From contig NZ_CP040846.1 of assembly GCF_006274605.1 (NCBI RefSeq), positions 1,029,041 through 1,061,040 on the forward strand: DNA of 32,000 nucleotides, read 5' to 3'. This DNA is from Thermococcus indicus. GTDB taxonomy: Archaea > Methanobacteriota_B > Thermococci > Thermococcales > Thermococcaceae. Both the position numbers and the translations under genes were made by a program. Each line of letters begins with the position of its first letter. The first letter of the stretch is position 1. The notes beneath the pieces were generated by a model. The model was not told where the DNA came from and made no database searches. It saw nothing but the letters and a program-made list of their open reading frames with translations. Below are positions 8,967 to 15,947 of this stretch, in pieces.

Positions 8967-9358
8967 TCCTCACCACCCTCCTTGGGAGTCTCTTCGGGGG
9001 CTTTCGCCTTGGCCTCGATGTGCTCGCGGTACTTATCGACAACGCTGCCCTCCCAGAGGGGGATTCCGCTCTTGTAGGCGGCCCTTATGAGGGCGTGGGC
9101 GCTTATCGGGTTGGTGAGCAGCAGGAAGACCGCGATGACCACGGTCTTGGTGAGCCATGCCGCGCTTCCGAAGTCGGTACCGAGCGCCCAGATTCCGACA
9201 CCTACCATGACGCCGAGGCTTCCAAGGGTCGCGCTCTTGGTCGAGGTCTGCATCCTGTTGTACACGTCGGGCATCCTGATGAGACCCAGGGCTGAGAGGA
9301 AGTAGAAGAACGTTCCTATGAGGACGAGAGCTTCCCCTATCGCGGCCAGAGCGTTCAT
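8963..9358 (-). CDS. mbxC: Mbx/MBS subunit C (MrpG/MnhG-like)
   Basis: The N-terminus …LIGTFFYFLSALGLIRMPDVYNRMQTSTKSATLG… is typical of MnhG. Confidence 0.8.
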   Translation of the reverse strand: MNALAAIGEALVLIGTFFYFLSALGLIRMPDVYNRMQTSTKSATLGSLGVMVGVGIWALGTDFGSAAWLTKTVVIAVFLLLTNPISAHALIRAAYKSGIPLWEGSVVDKYREHIEAKAKAPEETPKEGGEE

Positions 9359-9609
9359 AGTCCTCCCTCCATGTAGCGCGCGAACGCTATGACTCCACCG
9401 AAGGCGAGTATCGCGTAGACCAGGGCCACGTCGAGGAATATCATTCTCTTGTAGTAGAGTGCGAAGAGCACCATGAGTCCAGCGGTGATGGTGGTCATGA
9501 TATCAACCGCAACGAGCCTGTCGACGGTGGTCGGTCCCCTGAAAACCCTGTAAACGCTGAGCAGTGTTGCTATCGCTATCAGGGCGAGGTAGATGTTTAT
9601 CCCTATCAT
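9355..9609 (-). CDS. mbxB: Mbx/MBS subunit B (MrpF/MnhF-like)
   Basis: It is an 84-aa three-TM protein (…YRVFRGPTTVDRLVAVD…) of MnhF type. Confidence 0.8.
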   Translation of the reverse strand: MIGINIYLALIAIATLLSVYRVFRGPTTVDRLVAVDIMTTITAGLMVLFALYYKRMIFLDVALVYAILAFGGVIAFARYMEGGL

Positions 9610-10136
9610 CCGAAGATCACCTTCAGGAACTTTTCGAAGGGAACAGTTATTCCCTCGGAGGAGGCCTTAACGTGCTCCTCTTCGCTCTCGGTCAGGGCCT
9701 CATCCGGAACCCATATCCAGTGGATGAAGTATTCATCTTCGTCGACATCGAGGGTTATTGTTCCGGGGGTCAGTGTTATCGAGTTGGCCAGGGCGAGCTT
9801 TCCGACATCGCTGCTGAGAACGGTTTTGCACTTCACTATTCCGGGCCTTATGGGCCTCTTGGGGTGGAGGACCCTGTAGGCAACGTCGAGGTTGGCCATG
9901 ATCATGGCCCAGAGGAAGTAGGGGATGTACGCTATCATGTACGCTATCCTCTTGGGGTGGAGGTTCGCCAGGCCGTTGGTGGTGAATATCTCGTAGGTGA
10001 ATGCCGCGACTATGAGCGACAGCAGTAGGCCGAATCCCAGCTCCTGTACGTCCAGACTGGCCGTTATGGCCAGCCATATCAAGAACAGTACGATCACCGT
10101 GTACAGGTATCTGCTTATTTTGCTTGCTTCTCCCAT
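9606..10136 (-). CDS. mbxA: Mbx/MBS subunit A (MrpE/MnhE-like)
   Basis: It has the MnhE hallmark …LANSITLTPGT…. It is the first gene of the operon, and its ATG is preceded by GGAGGT at a 7-nt spacing. Confidence 0.8.
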   Translation of the reverse strand: MGEASKISRYLYTVIVLFLIWLAITASLDVQELGFGLLLSLIVAAFTYEIFTTNGLANLHPKRIAYMIAYIPYFLWAMIMANLDVAYRVLHPKRPIRPGIVKCKTVLSSDVGKLALANSITLTPGTITLDVDEDEYFIHWIWVPDEALTESEEEHVKASSEGITVPFEKFLKVIFG

Positions 10137-10197
10137 ATCATCAACCTCCAGCGGTTGGTGGACATGTCCGAACAGAGTTAAGGGAAGCTAATCTTTG

Positions 10198-10257
10198 GTT
10201 TTTAACATTGACTTATAAACCTTACCTGCGAATAACAAAGGTTTAAAACTTTTGGTT
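10198..10257 (-). promoter_or_regulatory. Candidate mbx promoter: a TATA-like box flanked by two SurR-type motifs
   Basis: GTTTAAAACTTTTGGTT at 10241-10257 matches the extended SurR consensus GTTn3AACn5GTT exactly. GTTTTTAAC at 10198-10206 matches the core GTTn3AAC. On the minus strand, TTTATAA (10219-10213) lies between them, about 80 nt upstream of the mbxA ATG. Confidence 0.5.
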
Positions 10258-10462
10258 GAAATGAAGGCATCAGATTTGTTCTTTAATGACAAGAGGGGTT
10301 CTTCATGGAGCACCGCTTTATAGGAGCAAATATATCCAGTTTGTCCATCTCCATCTGGGGATGAGAAACCACCGGAATTGCGTTTAGAAATCGGAATCCC
10401 AGAGCACGCCTGTGCGTGGGGTGAAGAAGATCGGGACAAGAACCGCCGATTCAAATCGAATT

Positions 10463-10478
10463 CAAAATGATGAAAAAG
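10463..10478 (-). terminator. Oligo-T terminator after the ACT-domain gene
   Basis: The minus strand reads CACTTTTTCATCATTTTGAA within about 40 nt of the stop at 10501. Confidence 0.35.
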
Positions 10479-10500
10479 TGGGAACAACGAGAACGGACCA

Positions 10501-11007
10501 TCAGTATATCGAAATCCTCTTGACGCCCTCGAGCTTTGAAAGCTCGTTGATGAGGTCGCCGGGGATGGGCTTCTCGGTGATTATCGTGAGGGTTGCCTCG
10601 GGGTACAGTTCGGGGTCCTCCGCGACGACCTGGACGATGTTGATGTCGCGCTCGGCTATCTTGAGGGCTATCTTGGCGAGTATTCCAATGGCCCTCGGCT
10701 CCGGCTCTATCTCGATGACGCCGTAGCCGACGTGTCTGCCGACGTACTTCATGTGGACCGTCGGCTCGAGGTTGGTGTATATCTCCTTCAGCTCGGGTAT
10801 CTTGAGTATCATGCCGACGGTCTCCTTGACGACCCTCCTGTCCACGTCGAGGGCCTTGGCGATCTTGGTGTACGGAACCTCTATGTCGCCGGCCTTGATC
10901 TTGAGGTCATCGGAGACCTTGAGGCCGTACTTGAGGAGGGTCTTGGCTATCTGCTTCCTGACGGGATATTCGTCAAAATAATGCTCGATCTTTCCCCACA
11001 TCAGCAT
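10501..11007 (-). CDS. ACT-domain protein, predicted regulator of amino-acid metabolism (COG2150-like)
   Basis: It has an N-terminal wHTH-like region (…YPVRKQIAKTLLKYGLKV…) and a C-terminal ACT-like region (GVIEIEPEPRAIGILAKIALKIAERDINIVQV). The start is ambiguous (GTG 11016, ATG 11007 or ATG 11001). Confidence 0.6.
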   Translation of the reverse strand: MLMWGKIEHYFDEYPVRKQIAKTLLKYGLKVSDDLKIKAGDIEVPYTKIAKALDVDRRVVKETVGMILKIPELKEIYTNLEPTVHMKYVGRHVGYGVIEIEPEPRAIGILAKIALKIAERDINIVQVVAEDPELYPEATLTIITEKPIPGDLINELSKLEGVKRISIY

Positions 11008-11188
11008 CACCCACACTAGTCCATTGTTAGACTGTTTAATTCAATAATATTAAAATGTTTCCATGCCCGCATGATGCCAACAGGTCTTCCCTTAAAAACC
11101 TTTGGGCAGTGACGCCCCTGGAGGCCCACCCGTGCCGGGATGTTTTATCCATCGTCGGGTTTTTAAGAACGGTTCCAAACCCCGGAAC

Positions 11189-12448
11189 ATGATCGAGGTT
11201 CACCTTCCCCACGTCACCTTCGAGGATGCCGGCGAGAGCATCAGGCTGGTCTGGAGAGAGACCCTCTACGCGGACCTCGACAAGGGCGAGCTGGCGAGGG
11301 TGATAAGGAGAAAGTACCGGGTTAAGCCTGAAATCTCCGTGAGAAACGGCCTTCTCGTCATCGACACGGACTATCCCGGCATCGAGCAGTACATTTCGAT
11401 ATACATCCAGAACAACCTCGGAGCCCTCCTGAGAAACCGCTACACCAACAGAAGGGTCCTCTATATCCACGAGGGACTTGACGTCCCGCTCCTGGGGTAC
11501 AACGCCTTCGGCCTGATCGACAGGGGAACGAATCTGATTCAAATCCGCGGCGTGAGCGGCTGCAACCTCAGCTGCGTCTTCTGCTCGGTTGATGAGGGGC
11601 CGTATTCGAGGACGAGGAAGCTGGACTACGTCGTTGATATCGACTATCTCATGAAGTGGTTCGATGAGGTCGCGAGGATAAAGGGAAAGGGTCTGGAGGC
11701 CCATCTTGACGGCCAGGGCGAGCCGCTTATCTATCCCTTCCGCGTTGAGCTCGTCCGGGCGCTCAGGGAGCACCCGAACGTGTCTGTAATCTCGATGCAG
11801 AGCAACGGGACGCTTCTCAACGACAAGTTGGTTGAGGAGCTGGCGGAGGCCGGCCTCGACAGGGTGAATCTTTCGATTCACTCCCTCGATCCGGACAAGG
11901 CGAGGATGCTGATGGGCAGGAAGGACTACGACCTCGGGCACGTTCTGGACATGGCCGAGGCCATGGTGAACGCTGGAATCGACGTCCTCATCGCCCCGGT
12001 CATTATCTTCGGCATAAACGACGACGAGGCCGAGGCCTTCATAGAGTTCGCAAGGAAAATCGGCGCCGGAAAGCGCTGGCCGGCCCTCGGCTTCCAGAAC
12101 TACATCCCCTACAAGTTCGGAAGGAACCCAACGATAGCGAAGCTCGTCCCCTTCAAGGACTTCTACGCCTGGCTCAGGAAGCTCGAAGAGAAGACCGGGA
12201 TGAAACCGCTCGTCCTGAAGCCCAGGCACTTCGGGATGGAAAAGCGCGAGTTCATCCCCCTCTCCTTCCGGCCTGGGGAAATCGTCAAGGCGGAGGTCGT
12301 CCTCCCGGGCAGGATAAAGGGCGAGATGCTCGCGAAGGCCCGGAACCGCCTCATCGAGGTCATCAACACCGACGCCGAGGTTGGGGACAGGATCAGGGTG
12401 AGGATAGTCAGGACGAGGCACGGTATATATATTGGTACGGAGATTTAG
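11189..12448 (+). CDS. Radical SAM protein with a C-terminal TRAM/PUA-like beta domain
   Basis: It has the CNLSCVFC (CxxxCxxC) radical-SAM cluster motif followed by GQGEPL. I chose the ATG at 11189 (MIEVHLPHV…) because the track start at 11102 is a TTG with an implausible Pro/Gly-rich leader. Confidence 0.75.
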   Translation: MIEVHLPHVTFEDAGESIRLVWRETLYADLDKGELARVIRRKYRVKPEISVRNGLLVIDTDYPGIEQYISIYIQNNLGALLRNRYTNRRVLYIHEGLDVPLLGYNAFGLIDRGTNLIQIRGVSGCNLSCVFCSVDEGPYSRTRKLDYVVDIDYLMKWFDEVARIKGKGLEAHLDGQGEPLIYPFRVELVRALREHPNVSVISMQSNGTLLNDKLVEELAEAGLDRVNLSIHSLDPDKARMLMGRKDYDLGHVLDMAEAMVNAGIDVLIAPVIIFGINDDEAEAFIEFARKIGAGKRWPALGFQNYIPYKFGRNPTIAKLVPFKDFYAWLRKLEEKTGMKPLVLKPRHFGMEKREFIPLSFRPGEIVKAEVVLPGRIKGEMLAKARNRLIEVINTDAEVGDRIRVRIVRTRHGIYIGTEI

Positions 12449-12465
12449 GGTCTCCTGAAAATATC

Positions 12466-12476
12466 GTATTTTTTGG
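12466..12476 (+). terminator. Oligo-T terminator after the radical SAM gene
   Basis: A T6 run at 12469-12474 lies 20 nt after the stop. Confidence 0.4.
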
Positions 12477-12548
12477 AATGTTTTGGAGTTTTAACAATAC
12501 TGCAGTAACTTTTAAATTTGAAGAACCGTACTTAATGTAGGGAGGATT

Positions 12549-12926
12549 ATGAGAAAGGTCGTGACAATTATCATCATGTTTATTCTAATGGCAATGGTGT
12601 ATTCGGGTATCCTCTCCTCCTTTGGCTCGCTCTCAAAGACGCTGGAAGGACTTAACGGGGAGGTTTCATTCACGTGGACTTCACCAGCGGAGGGGGCAAA
12701 AACGCCCGGACCCCGAGTTCCGGATTACAACCAGTCCGCTGGTGGGATGGGAATATCCCTGGAGGGCGGCGTCTACAATGCAAGTGACCTGAACTCTTCC
12801 ATGATCCGTGAACTCCTGGACACTACAGATCGGTACGTTGGGAACAGCTCCCTGAGCTCTGAGTACGCGCTGAGGGTTTACATTTTTCTTTTGAAGGCCT
12901 TGCCGTTCACAGCGGGGATGCAGTAA
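12549..12926 (+). CDS. Hypothetical N-terminally anchored/secreted protein; its 3' end probably runs into the IS left end (possible 5' fragment of a disrupted gene)
   Basis: It has a strong RBS (GGGAGGATTATG), a TATA-like CTTTTAAATTT upstream, and an N-terminal TM helix MRKVVTIIIMFILMAMVYSGIL. The body is Asn/Ser-rich. The last ~15 codons are hydrophobic and are encoded by the putative IS end. Confidence 0.5.
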   Translation: MRKVVTIIIMFILMAMVYSGILSSFGSLSKTLEGLNGEVSFTWTSPAEGAKTPGPRVPDYNQSAGGMGISLEGGVYNASDLNSSMIRELLDTTDRYVGNSSLSSEYALRVYIFLLKALPFTAGMQ

Positions 12927-14350
12927 GCAATCAACCAGCATTCAAGCGGGAAAGCGACACTCTTTTAAAGCCTAAAAACAATACCACACTCTAAAATGAA
13001 GCGGACGGTAACAGTAAAACTACAACCCTCAAAAGAGCAGGAAAAAGTTCTTTCCGAGTTAGCTGACCTTGGAGCCAAAGTCTGGAACCGGGTGAACTAC
13101 CTGAGAAAACAGCAATTCTTCGAGGGCAAAATCGTGGACTTCAATACAACCGAGAAAACCATTTATGAAGAGTTTAAGAGAGAAATCGGTTCTGCCACAG
13201 TCCAGCAAATATGTCGCAAAAACGCGGAAGCCTGGCGGAGTTTCTTCTCCCTCCTCCGGAAAAAACGCAATGGAGAACTACCCGACCGGCTCAAGCCAAA
13301 ACCACCAAACTACCTCAAAGAAGACGGGAGGAGAAAACCGTTAATAGTCCTGAGAAACGACCAGTACAAAATTGACGAGAACAAGCTTATTCTAAAAGGT
13401 CTTGGTAAATTCAAACGCCTCGAAATCCAATTCAAGGGCAGAATACACTTGAAGGGTAAAATGGGGCGGCTGGAAATAACCTACGATGATGTCAAGCGGA
13501 AATGGTACGCTCACGTCAGCTTCACGGTGGGGGAAAAACTTGAAAATGGGGAGTGGGTCAAACTCCCAAGAAAGCCAGAAGGAAGTCTCTCAGCGGGGAT
13601 AGACTTAGGAGTGAACAACCTAATGGCTGTTTACGTGGAGAATGGAGAAAGCTTTCTGGTCAATGGAAGACCGTTAAAGAGCATTGATTTTTACTGGCGG
13701 AAGAAGATTGCCGGGTACCAGTCCAAACTCAATAAATCTGGTGCTAAGACAAGCAGAAAACTCAAAAGAATGCACGATAAAGCGAAACTTCAGGCGAGGC
13801 ACTACATTAACACAGCAGTTAGACAGACTGTTAGGAAACTCTACGATTTGGGAGTCTCAAGAATAGTCGTTGGTTATCCAAAGGGTATTGCTCAAAGCCC
13901 TGGGAAGGGTAAAAAGCAGAATTTCCTCATCTCTCACGTTTGGCGGTTTAATTACGTGATTAAACGCCTCACTGAGGTTGCGGAAGAGTATGGTATCAAA
14001 GTTGTGCTCGTTGATGAGGCTTTCACTTCGAAAACTTGTCCCGTCTGCGGGAAGCCCCACGAGGGGGTGAGGTTTGTTCGTGGTCTTTATTCGTGTCCCG
14101 CAACGGGGCTTATCTTCAATGCCGACTTGGTTGGAGCTTTCAACATTTTGAAGAAGATTGTGAAAACCATAACCCCGAATCTGAGTGGCTTGTACGCTCA
14201 GAGGAGGGGTAACTGGGGGGAGACCCTCCCGGAGGGGTTCGAAGAACCCTTTTCAAAGGTTGCCCTGATGAGAACCCCTCAAACCTCCCTGCCGTTGGCG
14301 AGGGGTTAAACCGTTGGAACCCTCGCCCTCAAGGCGGGGAGGAGGTCAGA
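12882..14350 (+). mobile_element. TnpB-only IS200/IS605-family (IS1341-like) element; boundaries approximate (+/- ~20 nt)
   Basis: It is a single tnpB gene with no Y1 (HUH) tnpA. A nested hairpin spans the tnpB stop at the right end. Both ends share the 7-mers TGCCGTT and GCGGGGA (12901-12919 and 14290-14340). It looks lower in GC than its flanks, and a TTAC lies at 12878-12881. Confidence 0.65.
12996..14309 (+). CDS. tnpB: IS200/IS605-family RNA-guided endonuclease TnpB (OrfB transposase accessory protein)
   Basis: The RuvC-I motif is SAGIDLGVNN, the RuvC-II motif with zinc finger is VLVDEAFTSKTCPVCG, and the RuvC-III motif is FNADLVGAFNILKK. The N-terminus MKRTVTVKLQPSKEQ… is typical of OrfB. 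A TATA-like TTTTAAAG lies at 12963-12970. Confidence 0.9.
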   Translation: MKRTVTVKLQPSKEQEKVLSELADLGAKVWNRVNYLRKQQFFEGKIVDFNTTEKTIYEEFKREIGSATVQQICRKNAEAWRSFFSLLRKKRNGELPDRLKPKPPNYLKEDGRRKPLIVLRNDQYKIDENKLILKGLGKFKRLEIQFKGRIHLKGKMGRLEITYDDVKRKWYAHVSFTVGEKLENGEWVKLPRKPEGSLSAGIDLGVNNLMAVYVENGESFLVNGRPLKSIDFYWRKKIAGYQSKLNKSGAKTSRKLKRMHDKAKLQARHYINTAVRQTVRKLYDLGVSRIVVGYPKGIAQSPGKGKKQNFLISHVWRFNYVIKRLTEVAEEYGIKVVLVDEAFTSKTCPVCGKPHEGVRFVRGLYSCPATGLIFNADLVGAFNILKKIVKTITPNLSGLYAQRRGNWGETLPEGFEEPFSKVALMRTPQTSLPLARG

Positions 14351-14365
14351 ACGATACTCTGAAGG
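14190..14365 (+). ncRNA. Predicted omega-RNA / right-end scaffold region of the TnpB element (extent uncertain)
   Basis: By analogy with characterised TnpB systems, the guide RNA derives from the tnpB 3' end plus the right end. An imperfect nested hairpin lies at 14283-14346. Its outer stem is ACCTCC/GGAGGT plus CTGCC/GGCGG, its inner stem is GGCGAGGG(G)TT/AACCCTCGCC, and its loop is AAACCGTTGG. Confidence 0.3.
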
Positions 14366-14556
14366 TCGTTAGAAACTCTACGGAGACCTCTAAAGGGATA
14401 ATTGAGAAATTCTTCGCCATCTTTGGAGAACACGGCGGGCAGAATGGGGAGGAGCTCTCACGAACCCTTGAAGAAACTTTTCAGCGGGCCCAGAACCTCA
14501 CGAGAACGGTCGAAGATATGCTGGGCAAAGCACTATCTTCAAACTCTGGTCGTTAG
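14314..14556 (+). CDS. Hypothetical 80-aa ORF; possibly the 3' remnant of the gene split by the IS
   Basis: It has a TTG start inside the IS right-end hairpin and no RBS. The Asn/Ser/Thr-rich composition matches the upstream fragment. The frame is open from the IS end. Confidence 0.3.
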   Translation: MEPSPSRRGGGQNDTLKVVRNSTETSKGIIEKFFAIFGEHGGQNGEELSRTLEETFQRAQNLTRTVEDMLGKALSSNSGR

Positions 14557-14661
14557 TGTCCTATAACTCCAATTCAGTAACCCATGGAGGACCCCTGTTC
14601 GTTTAACTGTAACTTCGAAAAGTTTAAATTTTTAGAGTTTTATTGCGTTTGGGGGGAGTGC

Positions 14662-15240
14662 ATGAGGAGGGCATATATCGCCATCGTAGTTTTGGTGGTT
14701 TTGGTTCTCGCGCTCTACTTCGGCGATTTTGCTCTGGCAAAGTCCGAAACACATTCAACCATTCAGGTTGGGAGCTCAAAGGACGCCAACGCGACCTTCA
14801 ACGAGGGCTTTTGTGTGTACCCGGATTCTCCTTTTGGAAATTTGGTCGCCGACGAATTGAGGGCCGGAGGGCACAAGGTCCTGATTCTCTCCGCCCCGGT
14901 GGAATGTGATGGTCAGTTTCTGGCCGTTTGGATCGAGGGACTCAACATCAACTATTCCCCTGTGCTCTCGAAGGGGCGCGTGAGGGCCGTCGCCTTCTAT
15001 TCTAGCGCCGGCGATCCAACCCACTACATAAACTACCGGAACGCTGCGGATAAGAAAACGGCCCTGACGTCCTTTGAGAAAACCGGCAGGGCCCAGTTCC
15101 AGGCCTACATCATCGCTGAAGTCTCGGACGAATCCGAGGGCTTCATTGCCTTCAGGGGCTACCAGGACTACCTCATGAGAAAGGCCGCTGAGGTGGTCGC
15201 CAAGCAAGCCGAGCTTTTCCACGCGGGGGGTGGGGAATGA
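14662..15240 (+). CDS. Hypothetical membrane-anchored protein (N-terminal TM helix), paralog of the next gene
   Basis: The ATG at 14662 follows GGGGGGAG, and a TATA-like AAGTTTAAATTTTTA lies at ~14611-14626. The N-terminus reads MRRAYIAIVVLVVLVLALYF. The track start at 14584 adds an implausible Cys-rich leader. Confidence 0.6.
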   Translation: MRRAYIAIVVLVVLVLALYFGDFALAKSETHSTIQVGSSKDANATFNEGFCVYPDSPFGNLVADELRAGGHKVLILSAPVECDGQFLAVWIEGLNINYSPVLSKGRVRAVAFYSSAGDPTHYINYRNAADKKTALTSFEKTGRAQFQAYIIAEVSDESEGFIAFRGYQDYLMRKAAEVVAKQAELFHAGGGE

Positions 15241-15947
15241 GTCGGCCGAAGCTCTTCGTTTTTTCTATAGCAATTCTGTGTCTTCTAATCGGATACCTCC
15301 TAGCGAATGTTTCGGTGGGGTGGAAATCAAAGGGTGAGTTTGATCGCCTCTCCAACGTCACCGTTTCTGGAAAGGTTGTTGTGGACATGCCTCTTGAACT
15401 CGAGCTCATCCCGGATGTTTATCCGGAGCTTGATTACCACGGCCAGTTTGGGGACTCCCTAAGAAATGCCATAGTCGAGGCTTTGGAATCGGAAAATCTC
15501 TTCCCCGAGTTCGCTCACGTTAGGCCGGTCGTAATCTTTCCGGATGAAGGTCTCCTCTCAAGGATAAACGACTCGGTTGTTGTCATTTTCGTCCCGTTTC
15601 GTGGACATGAGAACACGGTCTATTACGAAAACTGCTACGCGAGCATACTCGTTTACATGAGCTCCAGCGGTGACGTTGGGAGCTACCTGTCGGTGGAGGA
15701 AAGATACTCAGGGGATTCAAGCAAAAACGATGACCTGCGATATTTTGCCTCAGATCTTTTCCGCACCGCCAAAGCAAGGGCTGATCTCGATGGAAGTCCC
15801 TATTCGCTTAAGGTGGTTTACTGGAACGTTCTTGAAGTAAGACGCGGTAAGCTGGCCAATAGGAGCTGCTGGGACATCTTGGCTGAGGAAGTAGGGAGGG
15901 AAATCCAAGAATGGGCACGGACACTCGAGCCCTCAAATAAACCTTGA
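15237..15947 (+). CDS. Hypothetical membrane-anchored protein (N-terminal TM helix), paralog of the previous gene
   Basis: Its start overlaps the upstream gene's stop (ATGA). The N-terminal TM helix is LFVFSIAILCLLIGYLLANV. Blocks shared with the upstream protein include FYSSAGDPTHY / VYMSSSGDVGSY. Confidence 0.6.
   Translation: MSRPKLFVFSIAILCLLIGYLLANVSVGWKSKGEFDRLSNVTVSGKVVVDMPLELELIPDVYPELDYHGQFGDSLRNAIVEALESENLFPEFAHVRPVVIFPDEGLLSRINDSVVVIFVPFRGHENTVYYENCYASILVYMSSSGDVGSYLSVEERYSGDSSKNDDLRYFASDLFRTAKARADLDGSPYSLKVVYWNVLEVRRGKLANRSCWDILAEEVGREIQEWARTLEPSNKP

Noticed and set aside
999-9295. Many long plus-strand ORFs across the mbx region, for example 999-2285 (428 aa), 2155-2877, 4936-6240 (434 aa), 6591-7121 and 8557-9090
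   Set aside because: They are antisense shadows of well-supported minus-strand genes in GC-rich DNA. Their products are Arg/Gly/Glu/His-rich low-complexity strings with no motifs, RBS or promoter.
10440-10465. tRNA T-loop-like GATTCAAATCGAA
   Set aside because: There are no complementary T-stem, acceptor-stem or anticodon-arm sequences around it.
10188-10487. 99-aa minus-strand ORF in the mbx upstream spacer
   Set aside because: It overlaps the predicted promoter and SurR sites, has no RBS, and its Ser/Phe/Lys-rich composition is not protein-like. I treated it as a chance ORF in A/T-richer DNA.
10258-10500. Possible C/D-box sRNA: ATGAAGA…CTGA on the minus strand at ~10261-10306, and ATGATGA on the plus strand at ~10466
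   Set aside because: The box spacing is wrong. Only about 26 nt separates the C-like and D-like boxes, no internal D'/C' pair is present, and the plus-strand ATGATGA has no downstream CTGA.
11036-12421. 461-aa minus-strand ORF opposite the radical SAM gene
   Set aside because: It is a shadow ORF. The plus-strand frame carries the CxxxCxxC radical-SAM motif and a coherent domain structure. The minus-strand product is Pro/Asp/Leu/Arg-rich nonsense.
12878-14332. Exact IS608-style junctions (left flank TTAC at 12878-12881, right end TCAA at 14329-14332)
   Set aside because: Joining the flanks at exactly these points puts the downstream sequence out of frame (GGEEVRTIL*), and TCAA lies inside the hairpin rather than after it. 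TTAC may still mark the left target, but I leave the right boundary open (about 14346-14355).
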